NCBI GenBank assembly: GCA_963603365.1 | Contig: CAVCMI010000015.1 | Coordinates: 97,964-161,963 of the forward strand | Reading direction: 5' to 3' | Source: Oscillospiraceae bacterium | GTDB taxonomy: Bacteria; Bacteroidota; Bacteroidia; Bacteroidales; WCHB1-69 | Length of the DNA: 64,000 bases | Part shown: positions 27,063-37,140 of the stretch, in pieces | Layout of the letters: every line of letters starts with the position of its first letter | How positions within the stretch are numbered: the stretch's first letter is position 1 | Program-made: the position numbers and the translations under genes | The notes under the pieces: model-generated | Told to the model about the DNA's origin: nothing | Databases searched by the model: none | What the model saw: only the letters and a program-made list of their open reading frames with translations

Positions 27063-29900
27063 ATGAAAGACAACGAATTTGCTGAGGATGCTCTTGTGAT
27101 TTCCGGAGCCAGGGAAAACAATCTGAAGAACATTTCCATAACCATACCGCAGCAGAAATTGGTTGTCGTCACGGGATTGAGCGGCAGCGGCAAGTCATCG
27201 CTTGCGTTCGACACCATCTATGCGGAAGGGCAGCGACGCTATATGGAGACTTTCTCCTCGTATGCGCGCCAATTCATCGGGAGCGTTGAGCATCCCGACG
27301 TGGACAAGATTTCAGGGCTGAACCCTGTAATATCCATCGAGCAGAAGACCGTCAACAAGAACCCTCGCTCAACAGTAGGCACCATCACGGAAGTGTATGA
27401 TTTCCTGCGTCTTCTTTATGCCCGCGTAGCCGATGCCTACTCTTACAACACGCAAGAGAAGATGGTTCACTACTCTGAGCCCGAGTTGGTAAACCTCATC
27501 CTCTCCCGTTACGAGGAGCGACCCGTCACCCTGTTGGCTCCGGTCATAAAGCGCAGAAAAGGGCATTACCGCGAGTTGTTCGAAAACCTCCGGAAACAAG
27601 GCTTTACCCGCGTCCGCATTGACGGCGTCATCCGCAAACTGCTCCTCAACATGCAAGTTGACCGCTACAAGACACACGACATCGAGCTTGTTGTTGACTC
27701 TTTGAAAGTCACGCAGTTTTCAAAGACGCGTGTCAGCAACAGCATCCACCTTGCCATGAAATACGGCAAGGGGGCGGCCATGGTGCTGGACAACGACTCA
27801 GGAGAGGTCAAGAATTTCAGCAGGTTCCTGATGTGCCCCACAACCGGCATCTCCTATCCGGAGCCGGAGCCAAACACCTTTTCGTTCAACTCTCCCTACG
27901 GCGCTTGCGAGCATTGCGGAGGCTTGGGCTCCATTTCCGAAATAGACATCGGGAAGATCATCCCCGACTCCTCGAAGTCCATAAAGCAAGGCGGCATCGT
28001 CATCATCGGGGAATACAAGAACACGCCGCTGTTCAGAACGTTAGACGCATTGGCGGAGAAATTCGGCTTTTCCCTGTCAGACCCCATCAGCGAGTTGACG
28101 GAGCAAAACCTCAACATGATTCTTTACGGCTCTCCCGAGATCCTGTACGTCAAGCGGGAGGCTGCCGGGTTGTCGCCCATAAAGAAGACCTTTGACGGTG
28201 TCATCAATTTCATCCATACGCTCAGCAGCGGGGACAACATACCGGCATCTATGCGTAAATGGATCAACCGTTTCGTGAACATGACACCTTGCCCGCATTG
28301 CCATGGAACCCGGTTAAAGAAAGAGTCTCTCCATTTCCGGATCAACGGCAAAAACATTGCCGAACTCGCCCACATGGACATCTCAGAATTGTCGGACTGG
28401 ATAAAGCAGTTGCCTGAACATCTTGACGAAAACCAGAAACTCATCGCCAGCGAGATCCTCCGGGAGATTTCCTCTCGCCTTGGATTTCTCTGCAACGTTG
28501 GCATATCGTACCTTTCTCTCGACCGTTCCACTGCCTCACTCTCTGGCGGCGAAGCGCAACGCATCCGGCTGGCCACCCAGATCAGTTCACAGTTAGTGAA
28601 TGTCATGTACATCCTGGACGAGCCAAGCATCGGGCTGCACCAACGCGACAACCATCTGCTGATTCAGTCGCTGAAAGAGTTGCGCGACCTTGGGAACTCC
28701 ATCATCGTCGTCGAGCATGACCGCGACATGATGGAAGCGGCCGACTTCATTGTTGACGTAGGTCCCAAAGCCGGAGAGCTGGGCGGAGACATTGTGGCAT
28801 CCGGCACCTACCCTGAGATTCTGAAAACGCATTCCCTGACCGCAGAATACCTGAACGGCACCCGGAGAATTGCCGTGCCAAAAAGCCGGCGCAAAGGCAA
28901 CGGCCTTTACCTCACCGTGTCCGGGGCTTGCGGCAACAATCTCAAGCACGTCACTGCACGTTTCCCGTTGGGCACTCTTACCTGCATCACGGGCGTTTCG
29001 GGCAGCGGGAAGTCAACCCTCATCAACGAAACTCTCTACCCTATCCTGAACAACCATATCTACCATTCAGAAAAGAAACCGCTGCCTTACGATGCTGTTG
29101 AAGGCCTTGAACATATCGACAAAGTCATCGAGATAAACCAACAGCCCATCGGCCGCACGCCGCGCTCAAATCCTGCCACATACGTCGGCGTATTCGACGA
29201 CATCCGGAAGCTTTTCGCCGACATGCCCGAATCAAAGATACGCGGCTACAAGCCCGGACGCTTCTCCTTCAACGTCTCCGGAGGACGGTGCGAAGAGTGC
29301 AAGGGCGCCGGCGTGCAGACTTTTGAAATGAATTTCCTGCCTGACGTTTATGTCACCTGCGAGAAATGCGGGGGCAAAAGATACAATGCCGAAACGCTGG
29401 AAATTCGCTACAAAGGCAAGTCCATCAACAACATCCTCGAAATGGACATCGAACATGCCATTGACTTTTTCGAGAACATACCTGCTATCGTTGCCCCCTT
29501 GAAGACTATGGCAGACGTAGGTCTGGGCTATCTCCGTTTAGGGCAATCCTCCACCACACTGTCAGGCGGCGAAGCACAGCGTGTCAAACTGGCCGCGGAA
29601 CTCTCTAAAAAGGAGACAGGACAAACCGTTTACATTCTCGACGAGCCTACCACCGGACTGCACTTCCACGACATCTACATCCTGCTGGACGTGCTGAACA
29701 GACTGGTGGACCGCGGCAACACGGTCATCATCATCGAGCACAACATGGACGTGATCAAAACCGCCGACCACATCATAGACATGGGGCCGGAGGGCGGACG
29801 CGGCGGCGGCAAGATACTGTCGGAAGGCACCCCGGAAGAAGTCGTCAAGAAAGGCATCGGATTTACCGCCCAATATTTAGCCAAAGAACTTTCATTATGA
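27063..29900 (+). CDS. uvrA: excinuclease ABC subunit UvrA
   Basis: 945 aa. GLSGSGKSSLAFDTIYAEGQRRY, zinc modules (CPTTG...CEHCGG, CPHCHGTR, CEECKGAG...CEKCGG), LSGGEAQR twice, second Walker A GVSGSGKST. Confidence 0.97.
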   Translation: MKDNEFAEDALVISGARENNLKNISITIPQQKLVVVTGLSGSGKSSLAFDTIYAEGQRRYMETFSSYARQFIGSVEHPDVDKISGLNPVISIEQKTVNKNPRSTVGTITEVYDFLRLLYARVADAYSYNTQEKMVHYSEPELVNLILSRYEERPVTLLAPVIKRRKGHYRELFENLRKQGFTRVRIDGVIRKLLLNMQVDRYKTHDIELVVDSLKVTQFSKTRVSNSIHLAMKYGKGAAMVLDNDSGEVKNFSRFLMCPTTGISYPEPEPNTFSFNSPYGACEHCGGLGSISEIDIGKIIPDSSKSIKQGGIVIIGEYKNTPLFRTLDALAEKFGFSLSDPISELTEQNLNMILYGSPEILYVKREAAGLSPIKKTFDGVINFIHTLSSGDNIPASMRKWINRFVNMTPCPHCHGTRLKKESLHFRINGKNIAELAHMDISELSDWIKQLPEHLDENQKLIASEILREISSRLGFLCNVGISYLSLDRSTASLSGGEAQRIRLATQISSQLVNVMYILDEPSIGLHQRDNHLLIQSLKELRDLGNSIIVVEHDRDMMEAADFIVDVGPKAGELGGDIVASGTYPEILKTHSLTAEYLNGTRRIAVPKSRRKGNGLYLTVSGACGNNLKHVTARFPLGTLTCITGVSGSGKSTLINETLYPILNNHIYHSEKKPLPYDAVEGLEHIDKVIEINQQPIGRTPRSNPATYVGVFDDIRKLFADMPESKIRGYKPGRFSFNVSGGRCEECKGAGVQTFEMNFLPDVYVTCEKCGGKRYNAETLEIRYKGKSINNILEMDIEHAIDFFENIPAIVAPLKTMADVGLGYLRLGQSSTTLSGGEAQRVKLAAELSKKETGQTVYILDEPTTGLHFHDIYILLDVLNRLVDRGNTVIIIEHNMDVIKTADHIIDMGPEGGRGGGKILSEGTPEEVVKKGIGFTAQYLAKELSL

Positions 29901-30778
29901 TAAAACAGATGGACCATTTTCTGGACATGGACAACGAACTTTACCAGTTCGACAATGCCCGGTATGCACTTCTTGCCGTGCCTTACGACGGCACCAGCAC
30001 CTTTATGAAAGGGGCAGACCGAGGACCGCAAGCCATCCTCGACGCTTCCGACAGCCTCGAGTTGTACGACATCCAATACGGATTCGAAGCGTGCAACGCC
30101 GGCATCTACACCGACCATTTCAACTATGACCTCTCCACCCCAGACTGCATGGTAGATTCCGTTTACGGACGGGTGCATCATTTCCTGGATGCCGGAAAGC
30201 AGGTGATTATGATTGGCGGAGAACATTCGATATCCGTAGGAGCCATCAAAGCGATGAGCGAGCAGCACCCCGACCTGACAGTGCTTCAGATTGATGCCCA
30301 CGCCGACTTGCGCGACGAGTACCACGGCTCAATCTACAACCACGCTTGTGTCATGCGCCGCGCCCAAGACTACGCCCGGGTGGTGCAAGTGGGCATCCGC
30401 AACGTTTGCTCCGAAGAGATGCACAACGTAGTGCCTGACAATATTTTCTATGCACACGACATCTACGGCAACGACCGCTGGATCGACCGTGCCATAGAAC
30501 GGCTTACGCAAAATGTATATATCACTTTTGACCTCGACGGGCTCGACCCCTCCATTCTTCCGGCTACCGGCACACCGCTGCCTGGCGGGTTGCAATGGTA
30601 CCCGACCTTAAGATTCCTTGGTGAGGTATTCAAAAGGAAACAGGTGGTGGGCTTCGATGTCGTGGAACTCTGTCCGCAGCCAGACAACAAAGTCTCCGAT
30701 GTTCTTGCCGCCACGTTGGTTTACAAGATGATTACGCTCAACGAGATAGCGAGAAACACAAATCGTGCCGGACTTTAG
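29897..30778 (+). CDS. speB: agmatinase (arginase/ureohydrolase family)
   Basis: Mn-ligand motifs GGEHSIS, DAHADL and TFDLDGLDP; about 290-aa size typical of SpeB. ATG overlaps the uvrA stop (ATGA). Confidence 0.8.
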   Translation: MIKQMDHFLDMDNELYQFDNARYALLAVPYDGTSTFMKGADRGPQAILDASDSLELYDIQYGFEACNAGIYTDHFNYDLSTPDCMVDSVYGRVHHFLDAGKQVIMIGGEHSISVGAIKAMSEQHPDLTVLQIDAHADLRDEYHGSIYNHACVMRRAQDYARVVQVGIRNVCSEEMHNVVPDNIFYAHDIYGNDRWIDRAIERLTQNVYITFDLDGLDPSILPATGTPLPGGLQWYPTLRFLGEVFKRKQVVGFDVVELCPQPDNKVSDVLAATLVYKMITLNEIARNTNRAGL

Positions 30779-30794
30779 GAGACGGCACGATTTT
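30764..30794 (+). terminator. hairpin terminator of speB
   Basis: CGTGCCG-(12 nt)-CGGCACG followed by ATTTTCATT. The stem spans the speB stop codon. Confidence 0.45.
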
Positions 30795-30811
30795 CATTCG
30801 CTTTGTTCTGG

Positions 30812-32050
30812 TTACAATTTGAACGCTTTTCTGATCTCCTCCACAAATCCGAGTTTCTCCCAGGAGAAGAATGTCATCTTGCGCGGACCGTGCTCGCTCT
30901 GCACCTCTTTTTCATACCAGTCGCGGCCGAAATGCCCGTATGTGGCGGTAGGCTGGTATATCGGGTTCTTCAGCCCGAAGCGTTCAATGATGGCGTAGGG
31001 GCGCATGTCAAACATACTGTTGATTTGCTCCGCGATAGCCGAATCGTTCAAACCGACTTTGGCCGTGTTATAAGTATTGATGTACAGTCCAACGGGATTT
31101 GCCTGACCTATGGCGTATGCCACCTGCACAAGCACCTGGTCGCACAGTCCTGCCGCCACCATATTCTTTGCTATATGCCGGGTGGCGTATGCGGCAGAAC
31201 GGTCAACCTTTGAGGGGTCTTTGCCGGAAAAAGCGCCGCCGCCGTGTGCGCCGCGTCCTCCGTAGGTGTCCACGATGATCTTCCGTCCAGTCAGACCGGT
31301 GTCGCCATTAGGACCGCCGATCACAAATTTGCCAGTAGGGTTCACATAGAGCGTGTAGTCGTTTCGGAACAACTTTCTCATATTCTCGGAGCAAGAGTCC
31401 AGCACGCGCGGAATCAGAATGTTGCGTACATCTTGTTCAATGGTCTTCAACATCTCGTCATCATTGCCGAACTCGTCGTGCTGGGTGGAGACAACAATAG
31501 AATCGATACGCTCCGGCTTGCCGTCTTCTGCATACTGCACGGTAACCTGCGACTTGGAATCGGGGCGGAGGTAACCCATCTTCTTGCCCTCCTTACGGAC
31601 AGCTGCCAATTCCTGCACCAGCCTGTGCGCCAATTCAATAGGCAAAGGCATATAGTTGTCGGTCTCGTTGCAGGCATAACCGAACATCATGCCCTGGTCT
31701 CCGGCTCCTTGCTGCTTAATGTCGGCACGCTCCACGCCGCGGTTGATGTCGGGCGACTGGCTGTGGATGGCAGAGAGGATGCCGCACGACTTATAGTCAA
31801 ACTGGTAATCGCTCTTGGTATAGCCCACCTCTTTGATGACCTTGCGCACAACATCATCAACGGGCACGTAGGCTTCAGTTTTCACCTCGCCGGCGCATAC
31901 AACCAGTCCGGTTGTAGTTAAAGTTTCACAAGCCACTTTTGATTCGGCATCTCTTAACAGGAAAGCATCAAGCAATGCATCCGAAATCTGGTCGCATAAT
32001 TTGTCGGGATGACCTTCCGATACGGATTCTGACGTAAACAAATAACTCAT
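30812..32050 (-). CDS. metK: methionine adenosyltransferase (SAM synthetase)
   Basis: Start trimmed to the canonical [24 protein letters not shown]. Motifs [49 protein letters not shown]. Confidence 0.96.
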   Translation of the reverse strand: MSYLFTSESVSEGHPDKLCDQISDALLDAFLLRDAESKVACETLTTTGLVVCAGEVKTEAYVPVDDVVRKVIKEVGYTKSDYQFDYKSCGILSAIHSQSPDINRGVERADIKQQGAGDQGMMFGYACNETDNYMPLPIELAHRLVQELAAVRKEGKKMGYLRPDSKSQVTVQYAEDGKPERIDSIVVSTQHDEFGNDDEMLKTIEQDVRNILIPRVLDSCSENMRKLFRNDYTLYVNPTGKFVIGGPNGDTGLTGRKIIVDTYGGRGAHGGGAFSGKDPSKVDRSAAYATRHIAKNMVAAGLCDQVLVQVAYAIGQANPVGLYINTYNTAKVGLNDSAIAEQINSMFDMRPYAIIERFGLKNPIYQPTATYGHFGRDWYEKEVQSEHGPRKMTFFSWEKLGFVEEIRKAFKL

Positions 32051-32163
32051 AGTTTGCACATTTTTAAAATTTAACATTGTTTGGAAAACGTGCAGAAATG
32101 TCTGTTTTTAGCATTTTTTTCTGTGGTTGCAAGCATTACAAATCTTTCCACGTTTTCAGGGCG

Positions 32164-32171
32164 CAAAGGTA
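32164..32171 (-). promoter_or_regulatory. -7 promoter box for metK
   Basis: TACCTTTG on the minus strand, about 114 nt upstream of the metK ATG (32050). Confidence 0.5.
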
Positions 32172-32287
32172 TAAAAAATACCGTTTACACCTGGCGGCCA
32201 GATTTGTGTTTCCTGATTCTTTTCCTGCAACTGTCTTTCAATCAACAGAATTATACACGACAGTATGTTGCATCCGAAGGCCTTGCG

Positions 32288-35200
32288 CTACATCTCAGGA
32301 TAAATCTCGATACGGCTGCTGCCTGAGTTGCCGATCTTGACCACCCTGATTTGTGTCATAATGCGCTCCGACATCGTGTCCGTATGGCTGATGACCCCCA
32401 CTTTTTTGCCTTGTGACGACTGAAGCATGGCTAACGAATCGATGACCGTTGAGAGCGTGTCAGGGTCGAGTGTGCCGAAACCCTCGTCGATGAACAGATT
32501 CTCAAACGATATGTTACGTGACGAAAGTGCAGACAGTCCTAATGCCAGCCCAAGACTGACGATGAAAGTTTCGCCGCCAGAGAGCGAAGTGGTGTCGCGC
32601 ACATTGTCGGCTCGGTCGTGGTCAATGACACGTATGGCGAGAGAGTTCTTGACCTGTTGCAGCTCGTAGCGGGTGTTGAATTTCCTTATCTCCACGTTGG
32701 CATGCTCTATGAGGAAACGGAGCGTGTAACACTGGGCTATCATACGGAACTGCTTGCCGTCGCTGCCGATGGCTTTGGTTATCTCCTCCCATTCTTTCTT
32801 CAGGGTTTCAGATTCTCTCATTTGATAGTACATATTGCCCATTTGTTTTTTTGCATTGTCATGTCTCTGCAAACGAGCGTTGGCTTCGACAAGTTTCTCG
32901 TTCGACATATTGTCAAGTTCTGCCTTCCTCTGAGCAAGAGCCTCTTTGTCCGTTCCCGGCTTTTGCTGCTGATGACTCTCATGGGCTTTTTGTTCATTCT
33001 GTAATGTGGTGTTGGCCGATGTGAATTGCTCTTGGCATTCTTTCTGCCGGGAACGGATGGCTTCCCAATCGTCAGCAGAAGATGCAATACCGGCAATGTC
33101 TTCCGTGGCAAGCTTTTGTCCGTGCTGCACCCTGCTGTTGTATGCAACAAGCCAGTCTGCAAGTGATGTTTCTTTCCCCTTTTTATTCTCTTCCTCCTGC
33201 TGCTTGGACTGTTTATTGGTTTCTATCTTGCCTTGCAGACCTTTCATGTCTCCTTGTAATTGAAGAATCTCTTCGTTTTTTTTGGTCACACTCGTGTCGG
33301 CGGCCTCTTTTGTTTGGGTCAGCTGCTGCTCCAAAGCATCCGGCGTTTTGTCGCCGATTTCGGATTTCAGTGCATTCTTCTTGGCCTCAATCTTCTTGTT
33401 GACCTCGGCAAGCACATCCTTTGCCTTATCCAGAGCATCCTTCTTTTCCGCAACTTGCTGCAAAAGAATCGTTGTCTGTGCTTTCTTCTCTGTTAGAGCA
33501 TTATTGACGTTGTTCTTTTCTTCCTCGATGCTTGCTTTCTGCTTGCTGGCTGTTTCTTTATACTCGGCTACTTTTTTTTCGGCTTCTTCTTTGCTTTGTC
33601 GAAGGCGTTCTGCCTCTTTGGAAACAACGTTATAGTCAGCCAATGCCTTTTCGGCTTTTGTCTTTTCATTTTCTACGTCTTTCTGTAACTTGCGGAGCTC
33701 GGATGCGGATTCTTTCCAATCCGGGTAATACGGTTGCAGCAGTGCCCATTCGCCGACGAGTCCCGCAATTTCTTTTTGAAGTTCTTCTATTGCGGTTTCC
33801 AATGATTTCAGTTCACCCTCATTCTTGCTCCGACTTTGCAAGAGTCCCGATTGGGTGCTTGTCTGCTCGTTCTGCTTTTTTTGTTTTTCGTCAATGAGTG
33901 TTTTCAAGTCGTTGATTACCGGCTGAACATTTTCCTCTGAATGGTAAGGATGATCTTTTGCGCCGCAGAGCGGACACGGCTGGCCATCCTTAAGATTGGC
34001 TCTGTGCTGCTGCCAGACTTCGCTCGTCATCAGCGTATAGGAGGCTTTGAGCGTGTCGAGTTCGGCTTTTGTCGTGTTGGGGTCGATCTTTTTTAGTTTT
34101 TCGTCTATCTCTTTATTGTGGGCTGTCAGACTTCCCTTTTTCGTTTCCTTGGCATTCTTGATCTTACTTTTTTCCTCGAGTCCAGTCTGTATGCGGATGG
34201 CGTTTTTCAGGTCGTTTGATTTCTTCTGGGCTGCATCACTCGCCCTTTGCAGTACAGAGATATCTTTGCCGTCCAATTTCTGTTTCTCGTCGTCATAAAG
34301 TTTTTGGGCTTCATTAAATTCCTCTTGCAGACGCTTGCTTTCGTCGTTGATTTGTTCGGTCAGGTTGTTAAGTTTTTCCGTTACCTTAGTCAGTTCTTCT
34401 TCGCTCTTCTTAATGGCTTCGGCATTCTGGCCTTCTGATTGTCGGGCAGATTCCAATGCTTTTTCCGCCTCTTCTTTCGCTTCCGTTTTTTCTGCTTCCT
34501 CCTTTTCAAACGCTTGCAGTTCTGTCATTATCTTGCGGGCTTCGTTGATGTGCGGCCTCTGCCTTTCAAGTTCTTCGGATGCATCCTTCGCCTGTTTTTG
34601 TAGCGTTTCAAAATTCTTCTGCTCGTTCTCAATAGTTTTCTGCTTGTCTCGGGCATCCGTTTCGAGTTTTGTCAGTGCAGACTCAAACGAGGCGACATTA
34701 TTCTTGCAAGTCTCGATTTCCTTGTACAGCGTGACGGCATCGTGTGTGGAGTCATAAAGGCGCAGCCGGTCTGTTAAAGGTTTCGTCTCCTCCAAACGCT
34801 GCTGTGCCTTCTCGAGTGTGCTCCGGTATTGGGCAATATTCTCCGTCAACTTGTCTTCTGCGGCATACCAGTCAAATGCTTCATTTACCTTTGCGAGTTC
34901 TTCCTTTGCTTTCCATTCCTCCTCTTTCATTTGGGCAATACTTGCGTTTAGTGATGCAAGTTCATCATCCGGTATCACAGCTTCTCCGTAAGCATTGAAG
35001 TCGGCTTTTATGTTCGTATAATTCTGTACAGCCTCATCTTTTTTCTCTTTTATTCTGCTTGAAATATCCTTGTATAAATCTTCGCAGCCCACGAGTTTTT
35101 CCAGCAGTTGGTATCTCTCTTCTTCCTTTGCCGTGAGGAAGTTGGCGAAGGAGCCTTGGGCTATGAGCACGGTGCGCAGGAACTGGTCGTAGTCGAGCCC

Positions 35201-35683
35201 GACAATCTGTGGCAAATCATCCCAATTTGCCTCTTCCTCAACAAGGGAGTCGCCATTTATGACAATCTTATAGAGGTTTGTAACCACATTGTCGTATCTG
35301 CTTATATTTTTCTTCACATGCCATTCTGCCCTATAGACATTTCCGTCATTTGCCCGAAAAGTGAGTTTGCTGTATCCGACCTTCTTGCCGTTGGTTAGTA
35401 TGTTGCGTGCATCGGTAGGAGACAGGCGGTTTTTTTCGCTCTCTTGCGGATTGCCGAATATTTTGATGCTGTTGCGCTCGTTCTTTACTCTCGGGTAGCG
35501 TGGTGCACGGTTATAAAGTGCCAGACAGATGGCGTCGAGGATGGTTGACTTTCCGCTTCCTGTCGAGCCGACTATGCTGAATATGGTGCTGTTGCCCAAT
35601 GATCCCTTTTCAAAGTTGATGGTTTCGCCTTCTTCGCGGTCAAGAGAAGCGAGGTTTAACAATTCTAATCTGATGAATTTCAT
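32288..35683 (-). CDS. sbcC: exonuclease SbcC (Rad50/SMC-like ATPase)
   Basis: Walker A GSTGSGKSTILDAICLALY, about 800 aa of coiled coil with a central zinc hook GQPCPLCGAKDHP, signature LSGGETF, Walker B LFIDEGFGTLD. Confidence 0.9.
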   Translation of the reverse strand: MKFIRLELLNLASLDREEGETINFEKGSLGNSTIFSIVGSTGSGKSTILDAICLALYNRAPRYPRVKNERNSIKIFGNPQESEKNRLSPTDARNILTNGKKVGYSKLTFRANDGNVYRAEWHVKKNISRYDNVVTNLYKIVINGDSLVEEEANWDDLPQIVGLDYDQFLRTVLIAQGSFANFLTAKEEERYQLLEKLVGCEDLYKDISSRIKEKKDEAVQNYTNIKADFNAYGEAVIPDDELASLNASIAQMKEEEWKAKEELAKVNEAFDWYAAEDKLTENIAQYRSTLEKAQQRLEETKPLTDRLRLYDSTHDAVTLYKEIETCKNNVASFESALTKLETDARDKQKTIENEQKNFETLQKQAKDASEELERQRPHINEARKIMTELQAFEKEEAEKTEAKEEAEKALESARQSEGQNAEAIKKSEEELTKVTEKLNNLTEQINDESKRLQEEFNEAQKLYDDEKQKLDGKDISVLQRASDAAQKKSNDLKNAIRIQTGLEEKSKIKNAKETKKGSLTAHNKEIDEKLKKIDPNTTKAELDTLKASYTLMTSEVWQQHRANLKDGQPCPLCGAKDHPYHSEENVQPVINDLKTLIDEKQKKQNEQTSTQSGLLQSRSKNEGELKSLETAIEELQKEIAGLVGEWALLQPYYPDWKESASELRKLQKDVENEKTKAEKALADYNVVSKEAERLRQSKEEAEKKVAEYKETASKQKASIEEEKNNVNNALTEKKAQTTILLQQVAEKKDALDKAKDVLAEVNKKIEAKKNALKSEIGDKTPDALEQQLTQTKEAADTSVTKKNEEILQLQGDMKGLQGKIETNKQSKQQEEENKKGKETSLADWLVAYNSRVQHGQKLATEDIAGIASSADDWEAIRSRQKECQEQFTSANTTLQNEQKAHESHQQQKPGTDKEALAQRKAELDNMSNEKLVEANARLQRHDNAKKQMGNMYYQMRESETLKKEWEEITKAIGSDGKQFRMIAQCYTLRFLIEHANVEIRKFNTRYELQQVKNSLAIRVIDHDRADNVRDTTSLSGGETFIVSLGLALGLSALSSRNISFENLFIDEGFGTLDPDTLSTVIDSLAMLQSSQGKKVGVISHTDTMSERIMTQIRVVKIGNSGSSRIEIYPEM

Positions 35684-35689
35684 ACGTTG

Positions 35690-36958
35690 CTATTCGTTTT
35701 CTTTTGTTTTCAATTCTGAAATAATTTCTTTGATCATCTGTTCCTGGCGCTCATTCATCTCTGTATTGTTCACAATGAGGAAAGATTCCTTAAGCGTGTC
35801 AAGAGGGTCGCGGTCCAGGATGTCGTCCACGCTCTGTATCGTTTGGCAGTCTGTGATGGTGGTCAAGTCCATAGTAGGTATCACCTTGTGTATCCCACAG
35901 AGCACGGCATTTTTTTTCTCGACAAGATTCTCCAACTCCTTGATCCGGTCATTGTTCACATTGTCCAATTTCACTTTGATGGAAAGGTAAACGAAATTAT
36001 CGTCCAATTTGCCGTTTTTGCGGGGTTCAAGTTTATCTTCAATGAGTTTTGAAAGTTCTTTAAAAGAATGTTCTTTGTCATCCTCCGGCAATATGCACAG
36101 TTTGTGCTGTGGCGTATATTCGAGAAATTCTATTGATGGTTTGCTGCCGGCATTGAGCGTCAGCAGGTCAATGCCGTGTTGGTAGCCCACCTCGGCGAAC
36201 GACATAGGCAGCACACTGCCTGTATAGCGTGCCCAGTTTGTGTTCCAAATATACTGGCGTTTGTGGATGTGTCCGCACGTCATATAGTCCGGGAAGCCCG
36301 TCCATCCCTCCAAATTCACCTCTTCTTGTCCGCCGATGATGATTTTCTCGCTGGCATCCTTTTTCGCGATGTCTGCGCCCTTGGCATACATGTGAGCCAT
36401 CATCACGAGTGGCGTATCCGGGTATTTTTCCCTTGCTTTTGCCGTGATTGTTTTAAGAAAGTCATTTGCGCCTTGAGCGTAATTGACATTCTGCAGCACA
36501 TCTATCCGCAAATACGGCACGGCCAGCACCACGGCTTTTGTGCCGTCCTGTCCTGTTATGGGAATCATCAGGTCGTCGTAGTTCATCGCCCAAATGCCGC
36601 CGTCTTCTGTCTGAGTCCAAACGCGATGGACATTGCCGCGCACTTCCACATTCTGACGTGAAAGCAGCGCACGCAGAGCCTCCAGCCGACTGGCAGAATC
36701 ATGGTTGCCCGCCGTGATGATGATGTGCAAGTCAGGGAAATCATGCGTGACCTTACTTAAAAAATTGTAGTACGTTTTCTGCGCCTCTGCCGAAGGGTTG
36801 CTGTTGTCGAAAACGTCGCCTGCCACCAGCAATGCGTCTGGACGGTGTTCTTCCAACTGGGCAAGCAGCCAATTAAAGAAATGTTCATGTTCGGGCAAAC
36901 GATCGGTCCCGTGAAACTTGTGACCGATGTGCCAATCGCTCGTCATAAAAAATTTCAT
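35690..36958 (-). CDS. sbcD: exonuclease SbcD (Mre11-type calcineurin-like phosphoesterase)
   Basis: Start trimmed to MKFFMTSDWHIGHKF (motif I DxH), 24 nt after a TATTTTTG box. Motifs VAGDVFD, AGNHDS, MAHMY and TCGHIHKRQ. Stop is 6 nt before the sbcC start. Confidence 0.9.
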   Translation of the reverse strand: MKFFMTSDWHIGHKFHGTDRLPEHEHFFNWLLAQLEEHRPDALLVAGDVFDNSNPSAEAQKTYYNFLSKVTHDFPDLHIIITAGNHDSASRLEALRALLSRQNVEVRGNVHRVWTQTEDGGIWAMNYDDLMIPITGQDGTKAVVLAVPYLRIDVLQNVNYAQGANDFLKTITAKAREKYPDTPLVMMAHMYAKGADIAKKDASEKIIIGGQEEVNLEGWTGFPDYMTCGHIHKRQYIWNTNWARYTGSVLPMSFAEVGYQHGIDLLTLNAGSKPSIEFLEYTPQHKLCILPEDDKEHSFKELSKLIEDKLEPRKNGKLDDNFVYLSIKVKLDNVNNDRIKELENLVEKKNAVLCGIHKVIPTMDLTTITDCQTIQSVDDILDRDPLDTLKESFLIVNNTEMNERQEQMIKEIISELKTKENE

Positions 36959-36981
36959 AGATGTTTTGTTTAAATGTGCCA

Positions 36982-36989
36982 CAAAAATA
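36982..36989 (-). promoter_or_regulatory. -7 promoter box for sbcDC
   Basis: TATTTTTG on the minus strand, 24 nt upstream of the sbcD ATG (36958). Confidence 0.55.
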
Positions 36990-37140
36990 CAGCTTTTTTG
37001 AATGCAAAGATCCTTTTCATAATATATAACAAAAAAGATACCTTTTTTACAGGCTTTAAACGGAATTGTTGACTTATGGGTGATAAAACGTTCACATTCA
37101 CACCCATAGAATGAGGTTGGCGCGAATTCACAAAAAACGG

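Noticed and set aside
32084-32157. Assigning the metK leader to the SAM-II riboswitch class because of the GAUUU...GCUUG...AUGCUAAAAA resemblance.
   Set aside because: The two AAUGCU elements are direct repeats, not complementary. The pseudoknot pairing expected for SAM-II (GCUU with AAAGC) is therefore not satisfied. I report it only as an unclassified structured leader.
32288-36958. An SMC/Rad50-like ATPase (1131 aa) plus a nuclease pair that could be read as a Lamassu/Wadjet-style defence module.
   Set aside because: The pair has every hallmark of housekeeping SbcCD. These are Mre11-type phosphoesterase motifs in SbcD, the CPLCG zinc hook, Rad50-type Walker and signature motifs, the canonical sbcD-sbcC order with a 6-nt gap, and core-gene neighbours. 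No extra partner genes are present.
22585-36958. An apparent concentration of DNA-repair genes (AddA-like, uvrA, sbcC, sbcD) within 15 kb, as a possible repair island.
   Set aside because: The genes sit on different strands in separate transcription units, interleaved with prfA, speB and metK. This is most simply coincidental core-genome order.
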